Of a stretch of DNA of 32,000 nucleotides, positions 1-8,830 are shown piece after piece. The notes under the pieces are model-generated. The model saw nothing but the letters and a program-made list of their open reading frames with translations, ran no database searches and was not told where the DNA came from. Each line of letters starts with the position of its first letter. Position 1 is the stretch's first letter. The DNA comes from Wolbachia endosymbiont of Litomosoides sigmodontis. GTDB taxonomy: Bacteria > Pseudomonadota > Alphaproteobacteria > Rickettsiales > Anaplasmataceae. The stretch lies in contig NZ_CP046577.1 of NCBI RefSeq assembly GCF_013365435.1, forward strand, positions 930,001 to 962,000, given 5' to 3'. The position numbers and the translations under genes are program-made.

Positions 1-1419
1 CCTACAATAGAAAAAGTACTTAGCTCAGTTGACGATTTGATGATAATGTCACACAGCCTAGACACAGGAAAACATGATCATAGCATTCCAAACATAATCG
101 CACATAATTTGAGTAAAAATATAGAGACCTTTTCAGCAAAAACTTTAATAGAAATTCATAAAAAACTGAAACAAAGGTTATTTCAGGAAAAGCTTTTTAC
201 AATTTACGAGCGCTTCGATAAGCCGCTTACAAAAGTAATACTTAACATGGAAAAAAATGGAATATTACTAAATATTCAAAAACTACAAAAATTGTCTGAT
301 AAATTCCAACAGCTAATCGCTATACTTGAAAATGACATATATGATTTGGCAGGAGAAAAGTTTAACATTGCCTCACAAAAACAATTAAGTGATGTTCTCT
401 TTAATAAGATGGAGCTTAATAAGAAAAAAAAGTTGAAATCTGGGTCATATAGCACAAACTCCTCAGTACTAGAGGAACTTAAAATAGAAGGAGTTAAAAT
501 TGCAAGCAAAATTTTAGATTGGCGACATTTAAGTAAATTAAAAGACACCTACACTGACGCACTAATAAAGCAAGTTGACCCGCTTAATGGCAGAATACAC
601 ACAAATTTCTCAACAACTATAACTGCAACTGGAAAGCTCAATTCAAGCAACCCTAATTTGCAGAATATTCCTATCAGGAGCGAAGAAGGAAATCTTATTA
701 GACAGGCATTTATTGCGCCAAAGGGATACAAGATAATCTCTTCTGATTACTCACAGATAGAACTAAGGCTTCTAGCACACATCGCAAATGTTGCTTCGTT
801 TAAAGAAGCTTTTGCAAATGGAAAGGATATTCATAACATTACTGCAGAACAAGTCCTTGGAGTGCAAAAGGGCATAGAAGTTAATGAACAATTAAGGCGC
901 AAAGCAAAATCTATTAATTTTGAAATTATATATGGAATAAGCCCTTTTGGCCTTGCAAAACGTCTTGGAATTTCCATTGAGAAAGCTAATGAGTACATTA
1001 ATTACTACTTCTCCTGTTACCCAGAAATAAAGATCTATATGGAAAAAGCAGTGTCTATCGCGAGACAGGATGGTTATATAGAAACTTTGTTTGGCAGAAG
1101 ATGCTTTGTAAAAGACATAAACAACACAATTCCTTATCTAAGACAATTTGCGGAAAGAGCGGCAATAAATGCACCACTGCAAGGAACTGCCGCTGATATA
1201 ATAAAACGTGCAATGATTCAGCTTTTTGATCAATTAAAAACAGGCAAAATAATCCTCCAAGTTCATAATGAGCTATTAGTTGAAGTAGAGGATAAAAAAG
1301 TACAAGAAACAGCAAAACTTATGAAAGATGTAATGGAAAATGTAGTGAAAATTTCTATACCACTTAAGGTAGAGGTAAAAATCAGTGATAACTGGGGAGC
1401 AATCAGACAAACATTGTGA
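1..1419 (+). CDS. polA: DNA polymerase I, C-terminal polymerase domain (5' end lies outside the window)
   Basis: Frame 1 is open from base 1, upstream of the listed Met at 37, to the TGA at 1417-1419. Family-A motifs are present: A 'SSDYSQIELRLLAH', B 'RRKAKSINFEIIYG', 'ERAAINAPLQGTAADIIKRAM', and C 'QVHNELLVEV'. Confidence 0.93.
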   Translation, partial: PTIEKVLSSVDDLMIMSHSLDTGKHDHSIPNIIAHNLSKNIETFSAKTLIEIHKKLKQRLFQEKLFTIYERFDKPLTKVILNMEKNGILLNIQKLQKLSDKFQQLIAILENDIYDLAGEKFNIASQKQLSDVLFNKMELNKKKKLKSGSYSTNSSVLEELKIEGVKIASKILDWRHLSKLKDTYTDALIKQVDPLNGRIHTNFSTTITATGKLNSSNPNLQNIPIRSEEGNLIRQAFIAPKGYKIISSDYSQIELRLLAHIANVASFKEAFANGKDIHNITAEQVLGVQKGIEVNEQLRRKAKSINFEIIYGISPFGLAKRLGISIEKANEYINYYFSCYPEIKIYMEKAVSIARQDGYIETLFGRRCFVKDINNTIPYLRQFAERAAINAPLQGTAADIIKRAMIQLFDQLKTGKIILQVHNELLVEVEDKKVQETAKLMKDVMENVVKISIPLKVEVKISDNWGAIRQTL

Positions 1420-1799
1420 TTCAAGAGACCGGTAGATGTTATTTAAGCAGCTCATAGAAATGCAAAAAAATGCTTGGACATACCTCGGTCAGCTCTTTTA
1501 TCATGGAATTATTTTATATACCTTCGAATGCGATTAAAATAAGATCTTGTGTTTAGCGTACTGTTTGTTTAATTTTTTGCACCAATGCCATCCATAACGT
1601 CTTTATAAAAAAATCTCTAAGTTTTCACCTACATAAGCTAAAACGTGTTTATAAAGCGTTTAAGACATCATCCAACCATCAAATTTTTAAAATCAAAGAG
1701 TTAGTAACTAGCTACTCTATAGTTTTTTACCATTTTTCTTCCTGGTAAATTTCTTAAATACTTGTAGCCCAAATTAGTTGTATTTAAAAGCAGCCAATA

Positions 1800-2907
1800 C
1801 TAATTCCCACTGTATAAAGGGACGGATAGAAAATTAATGAAAAAGAAGCCATACTGAAGTAAATAAAATAGCGAGATTTAAATAGCATTTGAAATCAAAA
1901 TTATTGGATAAAAAAAGTCGTGGAATCAGCAAAAAAAATGCTGAAGAAGTCCGAAATAAACATATATGTTGCAAAAAAACTAAATGCTGTAATTGCAGTA
2001 AAAAGTATAGTATAATAGCCTTAGCAAAAATATGTTTGTATTTCAAAAACAGTACTAACTGCATAGATAAAGCACCTAAAACTTGAAAGAGAAGAAAATT
2101 ACTTGCTTCTCCTCAACGTTGTAGAACAACTAGATTGAATCAGAGTCAATTTGAACAAGTTGAAATATGGATATAAAAAAACTAATATTACCATTAAAAA
2201 AATGAGAACAAGAATTCAGGAAAAATTTGGCTTAAATGTTAGCAAGTCTATAGCATACTATAATATGCAAAAAATGAAATTTCATATATTATGTCAAGAC
2301 CAATCCATAATAAACAAAATAAAGGTAGACAGGAAAAATTTAAGAAAATTTAATGAGATTACTGTAAGTATCCTGGATAATAGTTATTTTTCTTGGGTGA
2401 ATCACGTCTTGGCACACATTCAAAAATTGAGCATTGGTAATTTAAAAAGGGCGTTAGAATGCATGGTTAAAGTAAAACTAGATAGACAAAATTTTTATCT
2501 CTACAGTGCAGTTGATCCTAGAAATGGAGAGAGCTTTAGTTTATTTGTACTGAATGTCAACACTGATTATATGAATATATTTCTTGAACAAATATTATAA
2601 TATTTAAGAACATGAGAAGCCTTTTTTGTTATGGATTGTATTAGTTGACGTAAGTAGAAAAATTTAAAGTTACCTAAAAATATCGAGATTATATACCATC
2701 ACCATATTAACCTAAACTTAATCCTATTGAGAGACTTTGTTTACATATAAAACAGAACATTTCATATGATAAGGTTTATAATATAATTGTTCTGCTTGAT
2801 GGCACCTTAATATACAAATTTATCATCCCTCTTTCTCACTTCGCAATTAAACAAACCACTGTAATGTGGGTGGGTCACTTGCTTGACTCACTAACAATGA
2901 AAATTAG
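1800..2907 (+). mobile_element. IS630-family insertion sequence, degenerate copy A (transposase pseudogene)
   Basis: Imperfect terminal inverted repeats (left CTAATTCCCACTG, right complement CTAATTTTCATTG), each abutted by TA (1798-1799, 2908-2909). Translated fragments match IS630/Tc1-mariner transposases: an HTH-like 'KKYSIIALAK', 'FYLYSAVDPRNGESFSLFVLNVNTDYMNIFLEQ' (ORF 2151-2600), then 'FFVMDC..' and 'NIEIIY..' segments broken by stops. The longest ORF is 149 aa. Boundaries are +/-5 bp. Confidence 0.85.
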
Positions 2908-2910
2908 TAT

Positions 2911-3187
2911 TAGGTACTTTATTCACGTAGTTAATACTATTCTAAAATGTAACATATTTTTGTTGCGGCTATTATGTTGTGCTTTTTTATTGCAATTTAC
3001 AGCATTTAGTCTTTTTATAAAATAAATGTTATTTCAGACTTTCTTCAAGCATTTTTGCTGATTCCACGACTTTTTCACCTAATAATTTTGATTATAATGC
3101 TATTTAAACCTTGCTATTTTACTTGCTTCAGCATGGTTTCTTTTCTATTACTGTCTATCTGTTCCTGTACAGGAGAGTAGAAATTGG
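2911..3187 (-). mobile_element. IS630-family fragment B: left end plus ~280 bp (HTH-coding part), inverted and abutting the right end of copy A
   Basis: The reverse complement aligns with the first ~280 bp of the full copies, from the terminus to '..AAAGCACCTAA'. The terminus GGAAATTGG is followed by TA at 3188-3189. Confidence 0.8.
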
Positions 3188-3557
3188 TATGACTAGGAAT
3201 CCTTTTTCTCGTTTGATATATTTTTTAATATTTTGCAGCTATCGTCATCACACCGCTTATTAATAAGATCTAGAGATATTACGAATGAATCGTGATATGA
3301 TGAATTTGCTTAGCATTACACGTTGTAAATAACACCGTCTTGGTAAATTAAAATTACAATATTTGTACAGCTGTGTATCACATTACCTAGATGATATAGG
3401 GAAAGGAAAAAATGTAATGATACCCAGCCTCAATGCTTGTACAGTTATGCAACCTAGACCTAAATTCTCTTAATTATGATTTCAATATCACAAATTTCGA
3501 GAATGTAAATCATTTAAAATAATATAAAAAATATGTTATAATTAAGGTATAGTAAAT

Positions 3558-4637
3558 GTGAACAAGTCAATTATGACAAAAATATTAATCTCACAAACAA
3601 AGAACCGGGAGTCTTCAAAGATGTCCATTCAGGAAGTTAACAAAGATGAGAAAATCTTTAAAAAAGAAAAGCATCAGTTAATCTATCGTGCTTTTCTAGA
3701 CATTTTAGAGAATCCAGAGAAGCAAATACAACAGAAAATAAACAAAACACAAGAAAAACTACAAAGAGAGTTCTCAGAACAGGAAATACAAAAATTGCGG
3801 CGTAAACAACAGTCATTAAAGGAACTATTAAATAGGCTAAAGAATAAAGATGAAAAGAAGATTTTTGCTTTTGTATTTGAGAACAGCGAAAGGGTATTCA
3901 ACAATGTTAGTCCAAAAATAAAATCACTTAGTGAAGAAGATCTTTCTCAGTTTTTACTTTCTGTATTTAAAGAAATTAGAGAAAAAAAATTAGCTAATGA
4001 AGAGAATTTAAAAAGTAATGAGATAAAAAAAATTGTAGCTGAGTGTGTTCGCAAAGAAGCTTGGCATCAATTTACTGATTTTGCTAAATACCAGATACCT
4101 GGTAGAGGATTATTAGAAAAAATACCAAGTCTTGGAAAAGTTTTAATTGTTAAAAAAAAAGAAGATGAACCACCACTTAGTGACGAAGAAATAGTAACAA
4201 CGTTCTTACGCAAATCTTTACTACCTATCATTGCTTTAACATCTACAATATTATTCATAAGCTCAACTTTATTATCCGGTATTTTTCACTTTATAACAAT
4301 AGGATTTGCTATTTTTTGTTTTGCTACTGCTGAATATAATGCAATAAAAAGCCTCTTTTCAAATAATAAACCAGGTACTTTGTATAACCCTCACCCACAA
4401 GAAGAAGAAAAGAAAAAAGAACAATGGAATGAGGAATTTCTTGATGGCATTAATAAAATTTTAGAACCAAAAGGTAAAGGAAATAAAAAGAGTGAGCAAC
4501 CTTCTGTAATAACTAAAAAACAATCGGCTCAAGAAAAAGTAAAAGATAATACACCATTTACTAAACTTGAAGGAACTACTATAAATCAACAAAGTAAAGA
4601 CCAAAGTCCTCAGAGTGTGAATGCCACTAGCTTATAA
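3558..4637 (+). CDS. Hypothetical membrane protein with Lys/Glu/Gln-rich coiled-coil-like N-terminal half, a ~43-aa bilobed hydrophobic hairpin and a low-complexity polar tail
   Basis: Longest non-housekeeping ORF in the window. The listed start is GTG 3558. In-frame ATGs lie at 3573 and 3621, and the latter is preceded by GGGAG (3607-3611) at 9-nt spacing, so 3621 may be the true start. The hydrophobic block 'LLPIIALTSTILFISSTLLSGIFHFITIGFAIFCFATA' is encoded at ~4219-4345. I recognise no family signature. Confidence 0.6.
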   Translation: MNKSIMTKILISQTKNRESSKMSIQEVNKDEKIFKKEKHQLIYRAFLDILENPEKQIQQKINKTQEKLQREFSEQEIQKLRRKQQSLKELLNRLKNKDEKKIFAFVFENSERVFNNVSPKIKSLSEEDLSQFLLSVFKEIREKKLANEENLKSNEIKKIVAECVRKEAWHQFTDFAKYQIPGRGLLEKIPSLGKVLIVKKKEDEPPLSDEEIVTTFLRKSLLPIIALTSTILFISSTLLSGIFHFITIGFAIFCFATAEYNAIKSLFSNNKPGTLYNPHPQEEEKKKEQWNEEFLDGINKILEPKGKGNKKSEQPSVITKKQSAQEKVKDNTPFTKLEGTTINQQSKDQSPQSVNATSL

Positions 4638-4862
4638 TTCAGCTCCACATATTTGTTCACGGAGTGGCAAAATAAGATAAACAAGGCAGTATACAAAGGT
4701 ATAATAATAAAGCAAAAGTGAAGTAACATGGCAAACTTTTTAGAACTACGCAAAAATCTAAAGCAGAAAATAGCAAGTTAGAAGAAAAATAAAAAGATTT
4801 AAAAAGAGAGAATGAAAGTTTAAAGCCAGAGAACAAGACTTTGAAGATAGAAAATGCCGATA

Positions 4863-5136
4863 CAATTCCCACTTTATAAAGAATAATGGATAGACAATAA
4901 TGGAAGGAAGCTTTACTGAAGTAAGTAAAACACAAGATTTAAATAGCGTTGAAATCAAAATGATTGAATGAAATAGTCGTGAAATCAGCAAAAAAAATGC
5001 TGAAGAAAGTGCGAAATAACATATATGTTACAAAAAAACTAAATGCCGTAAATTACAATAAAAAAGCACAACATAACAGCTGCAACAAAAATATGTTACA
5101 TTTTAGAATAGCATTGACTACGTGAATAAAAGCACT
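4863..5136 (+). mobile_element. IS630-family fragment B': left end plus ~275 bp, abutting the right end of copy C
   Basis: Mirror image of fragment B. It shares derived changes with B that the full copies lack, e.g. 'CTACGTGAATAAA' versus 'CTGCAT..' in full copies. TA at 4861-4862 precedes the terminus CAATTCCCACTTTATAAAG. Confidence 0.8.
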
Positions 5137-5141
5137 TAACA

Positions 5142-6176
5142 CCAATTCTCATTGGTAGTAGGTTAAGTAAGTGACATTATAGAGTTGTTTAATTGCGAAG
5201 TGAGAAAAAGAAATAATAAATTTGCATATAAGGTGCCCTCAAGCAGAGCAATTATATTATAAACTTTATCATACAAAATGTTCTGTTTTGTATGCAACCA
5301 AAGTCTCTCAATAAGATTGAACTTAGGTGAGTATATAATTTCGATATTTTTTAGGTAATTTAAAATTTTTTGACTTATGTCAATTAGCATAATCCATAAC
5401 AAAAAAAAGGCTTCTCGTGTTCTTAAAATATTATAACATTTGCCCAAGAAGTATATTCATACAATCAGTATTGACATTCAGTATAAATAAACTAGAATCT
5501 TCTCTATTTTTAAAATAGATTGCACTGCAGAGATGAAAATTTTATCTACCTAATTTTACTTTAACCTATGTTCTAATGCCCTTTTTAAACCACCTGTGCT
5601 AACTTTCAAATGTACGCTAAGCCGCAATTCACCAAAGAAAAATAACTCCTAATCTTGTTTATTATGAATTGGTCTTGATGTAATATATGAAACTTCATTT
5701 TTACATATTACAGTGTATTATAGACTTGCTGATACATTCAAGCCAAAATTTCCCTAGATTTTCTTCTTATCCTTAATTTCTTTGATGGTAATATTTAGGA
5801 CTTTCTCGTATCCATATTACCTTATTCAAATTGACTATAATTCAGTCTAATTTTTCTACTAAATTAAGGGAAGAGTAAACAATTTTACTTCTCTTTCAAA
5901 TCTTAGTGCTTTATCTATGTAATTAGTACTGTTCTTGAAATGAAACATATTTTTGCTAAGGCTATTATACTGTGCTTTTTTGCTACAATTATAGCATTTA
6001 TTTTTTTGTACATATGCATTACTTTGCACTTTCTTTCACATTTTTTGCTGATTCCGCGACTCCTCTATCTAATAATTTTGATTTCACAACGCTATTTTAA
6101 ACTTTGTTATTTTACTTACTTCAGCATGGCTGCCTTCCCATTATGATCTACCCACTCTTTATACAATAGGAATTGG
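5142..6176 (-). mobile_element. IS630-family insertion sequence, degenerate copy C (transposase pseudogene)
   Basis: The reverse complement is colinear with copy A. Minus ORF 5163-5447 carries the C-terminal transposase signature 'NIEIIYSPKFNLIERLWLHTKQNILYDKVY' (compare the ..YSPELNPIERLW.. motif). The terminus GGAATTGG is followed by TA at 6177-6178. Confidence 0.85.
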
Positions 6177-6507
6177 TATAAAATTCACTTACCCTCTATA
6201 TTTAATATATTATAAAAAATACTATAGTTAGTATTTCAGCAATTGTCAATCGCTTAACATGACATTAACAAATCGCACAAGAACTTATAAGCAAGCTTCT
6301 ATAAATTACATACCGCCTTGCTTCACAGGTACCAATTCCCCTACATGCTACAAAATCTACTGTAGCAACACCTACTTTAACTATCTATACCCTCGCAGGT
6401 TGGACAAGCTTTTTGAAAAGGGCCTTATAGAAAAACTGCTTGTAAATAGCCGTTAACATTATATAATATATTATTTCTAATAAAGTTTAAATTAGAGGTC
6501 ACATTGC

Positions 6508-8160
6508 ATGAATAATAATGATCCAACTATAAATCTACCTATCAATATCAGGAAATTATCATCAAACAAATTTATAGAGGAGATGTATCAAGACCAATTT
6601 GAAGATCAAGATAATGTTTTACTTGAAGATTCTTTCATTAATAAAATCAAGGAAGGAGATGCAGTAGAAGGTGTAATTACAAGAGTGAACCCTAATGATA
6701 TCGTAGTTGACATTGGGCTAAAGTCTGATGGAAGGATTCCAATCAAGGAATTCAGTTATAATGATAAAATTGTTATTGGGTCCAAAGTCAGAGTATACGT
6801 AGAAAGAATTGAAGATTATCATGGCAACATAGTTCTTAGCCGTGAAAAAGCAATTAGGGATGAAAAATGGAATAAGCTAGAAGAAGATGCAGTTACAAAA
6901 GCTGAAGTAAGCGGAGTAATTAAACGTTCAATTAAATGTGGCTTTATTGTTGACCTTGGTGATGGAATAAGCGCTTTTTTACCGCTAAGCCATGTAGATT
7001 TAAAGCAAGTAAAAGATGCTAAGCACCTTATTGAAACTGAACAAAAGTTTATCGTGCTTAAAATGGATAAGAAACAGGGCAACATTGTGGTATCAAGAAA
7101 GCTGGTATTAGAAAAATTGCACGCTGGTGAAAAAACTAAGTTCTTAGAATCTTTAAATGAGGGCGATATAATAGAAGGGAAAATAAAGAGTATCACTCAT
7201 TACGGTGTATTCGTCGGTATTCATGAATCAGATGCAGTAGGAGTGATAGACGGACTGCTACATATTACAGACATCTCTTGGAGCAGAGTGAGCCATCCAT
7301 CTGCAGTTTTTACTTGTGGTCAGCTCATAAAAGTTAAAATTATAAAAATAGACAAAGAAAATGCGAAAGTTTCTCTAGGTATAAAGCAGCTAGAGAATAA
7401 TCCCTGGCAAGATGCAGAGTCAAATTACCAAGTTGATAGCATACATAAAGGCCATATAACAAGTATAGAAGATTATGGATTATTTGTTGAACTTAAACCT
7501 GGAATTGAAGGTTTAGTACACTCATCGGAAATAACTTGGGTTAAAAATAATCTGCCAATTAGCAGTCTTGTAACTAGGGGACAAGAGGTATCTGTCAAAA
7601 TTCTCAATGTTGACGTCACTAAAAATAGAATGAGCTTAAGCATGAAAAGATGTGTAGATAATCCCTGGCAAGTATTTGTCAATAAATATTCTCCTGGTTC
7701 TATTGTTTCTGGTAAAGTTAAAAATAATACAGGCTTATACATGTCCGTTACTTTTGATGATGATGAAATAGATGAAAACGTAGAGGGAATAATTTATGCA
7801 CAAGATCTAAGCTGGTCTAAAAATGGTTCAGATGAGATAAAAAAGTATAATGTTGGTGACACAATAGAAGCAAAAGTAATAAGAGCTAATGTAAATCGAA
7901 CAAGAATTTATCTTGGTATAAAACAAATAGAGTACGACCCTCTTATAGAGCTGATAAAGAAAGTTAAAGTAGGAGATAAAATGCAGGTTACTGTAGGCAA
8001 AAGAGAAGATAGCGGGCTAGTTGTTGAAGTTGAAAATGATGTAGCTCTCTTAATAGATCAAGAATATCTACCGGAAAGCAAAAAGTTTTCTATATCAGAT
8101 AAAATAGAAGTTGAAGTATTAGGTATTGAAGAATACAATATAGTACTATCTGCTAAATAA
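6508..8160 (+). CDS. rpsA: 30S ribosomal protein S1
   Basis: A 550-aa ORF made of repeated S1 (OB-fold) domains ('G.V.G.V..I...G.FV.L..G..GL.H.SE.SW' pattern repeated about 6 times). AGAGG lies upstream of the ATG. Confidence 0.95.
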   Translation: MNNNDPTINLPINIRKLSSNKFIEEMYQDQFEDQDNVLLEDSFINKIKEGDAVEGVITRVNPNDIVVDIGLKSDGRIPIKEFSYNDKIVIGSKVRVYVERIEDYHGNIVLSREKAIRDEKWNKLEEDAVTKAEVSGVIKRSIKCGFIVDLGDGISAFLPLSHVDLKQVKDAKHLIETEQKFIVLKMDKKQGNIVVSRKLVLEKLHAGEKTKFLESLNEGDIIEGKIKSITHYGVFVGIHESDAVGVIDGLLHITDISWSRVSHPSAVFTCGQLIKVKIIKIDKENAKVSLGIKQLENNPWQDAESNYQVDSIHKGHITSIEDYGLFVELKPGIEGLVHSSEITWVKNNLPISSLVTRGQEVSVKILNVDVTKNRMSLSMKRCVDNPWQVFVNKYSPGSIVSGKVKNNTGLYMSVTFDDDEIDENVEGIIYAQDLSWSKNGSDEIKKYNVGDTIEAKVIRANVNRTRIYLGIKQIEYDPLIELIKKVKVGDKMQVTVGKREDSGLVVEVENDVALLIDQEYLPESKKFSISDKIEVEVLGIEEYNIVLSAK

Positions 8161-8183
8161 TATGTAATTTTAGCTTTGCGTAA

Positions 8184-8462
8184 ATGGCAACGAAATCTAA
8201 TATAATAATGAAAGTGGCAAAAAGGCATCCTCTTTTAGATAAGGTAGTTATAGCAGCTATAGTTAATAGATTTTTTAAGATACTTTCAAGTACACTGGAG
8301 CGTCATAACAGAGTTGAAATTAGGGGATTTGGTTCTTTTTCAATTAGGAATTACAATCTAAAAGACACAAGTCATTTGATATTACAGAAGTTTGCAAAAA
8401 ATCAATACTTTAAAACATATTTTCGCAGCAGTAAAAAATTATCCAATTTAATAAATGAATAA
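8184..8462 (+). CDS. ihfB: Integration host factor beta / HU-family DNA-binding protein, with a divergent beta-arm
   Basis: 92 aa. The core 'RVEIRGFGSFSIR' is typical of the IHF/HU family, and rpsA-ihfB linkage is common in proteobacteria. Confidence 0.75.
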   Translation: MATKSNIIMKVAKRHPLLDKVVIAAIVNRFFKILSSTLERHNRVEIRGFGSFSIRNYNLKDTSHLILQKFAKNQYFKTYFRSSKKLSNLINE

Positions 8463-8488
8463 AAGTTTATATTGCAAATTAGATAAAA

Positions 8489-8512
8489 GTAGAGGTTAAC
8501 TTAACCATCTAC
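8489..8512 (+). terminator. Possible hairpin downstream of ihfB
   Basis: GTAGAGGTTAAC/TTAACCATCTAC forms an imperfect inverted repeat (one bulge) 27 nt after the ihfB stop. It has no clean T-tract, so the call is weak. Confidence 0.25.
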
Positions 8513-8830
8513 AATAAAAGTTTTCACCATGATATGCAAGTACTAGAAATAGTTATATACAATAGTATATATAAAATATCTTGTGAAAGTGGAAAGGTGA
8601 ATTGTTTATTACATCTTGCTAATAGCCTTAACAAACTACTTAGTTCTATATCTTACCAAAACCGAAAGTAAAGGTTCGAGTGCACTAAATTTCCTACTTG
8701 TAGCATTGATTCTTGAGGATAAAGTTTTAAATCTAACAAAAAAGCTAAATGAAGTAAATCAAAAACGTGAAAACTACAGAAATGAAAAAAGAATAGAATA
8801 TACCAAAGTGTTAGATAGAGTAAATTAAGA

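Noticed and set aside
276-1315. Minus-strand ORFs 276-548, 549-731 and 1055-1315 inside polA. Similar antisense ORFs lie inside rpsA (6819-7196, 7473-7742), rseP (9638-9898), bamA (10581-10982), skp (12759-12974), the oxidoreductase (14436-16149), tpiA (23482-23785), ispDF (24202-25005) and gpsA (29230-29412).
   Set aside because: All lie wholly antisense to strongly supported genes. They have Leu/Ser/Phe/Cys-rich compositions typical of shadow frames in AT-rich DNA and carry no recognisable motifs.
1420-1795. The 376-bp polA-IS spacer, examined for a gene remnant or small RNA.
   Set aside because: No frame on either strand gives a recognisable peptide and I saw no conserved RNA motif or convincing hairpin. 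It is left unannotated.
1889-2086. A small Cys/Lys-rich ORF recurring in several places (1889-2086 +, 18183-18380 -, 26001-26186 -), which could be mistaken for a conserved small protein family.
   Set aside because: These ORFs lie in the left-end region of the IS copies and correspond to the decayed N-terminal HTH part of the transposase ('..KKYSITAVAK..'). Their recurrence reflects repeated DNA, not selection. The opposite-strand ORFs there (1834-2064, 18199-18384, 5940-6146, 26023-26281) are shadows of the same repeat.
6259-6456. 65-aa ORF upstream of rpsA, plus a short IS-terminus-like string 'TACCAATTCCCCTACATGC' at ~6330-6350.
   Set aside because: The ORF has no RBS, an odd composition and no motif. 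The IS-like match is only ~18 bp with no continuation, so it cannot be told apart from chance or an unrecognisable relic.
8616-8828. 70-aa TTG-initiated ORF in the ihfB-sdhE convergent spacer.
   Set aside because: It has a non-canonical start, no Shine-Dalgarno sequence and no recognisable domain. It is a low-confidence ORF in AT-rich intergenic DNA and cannot be supported from sequence alone.
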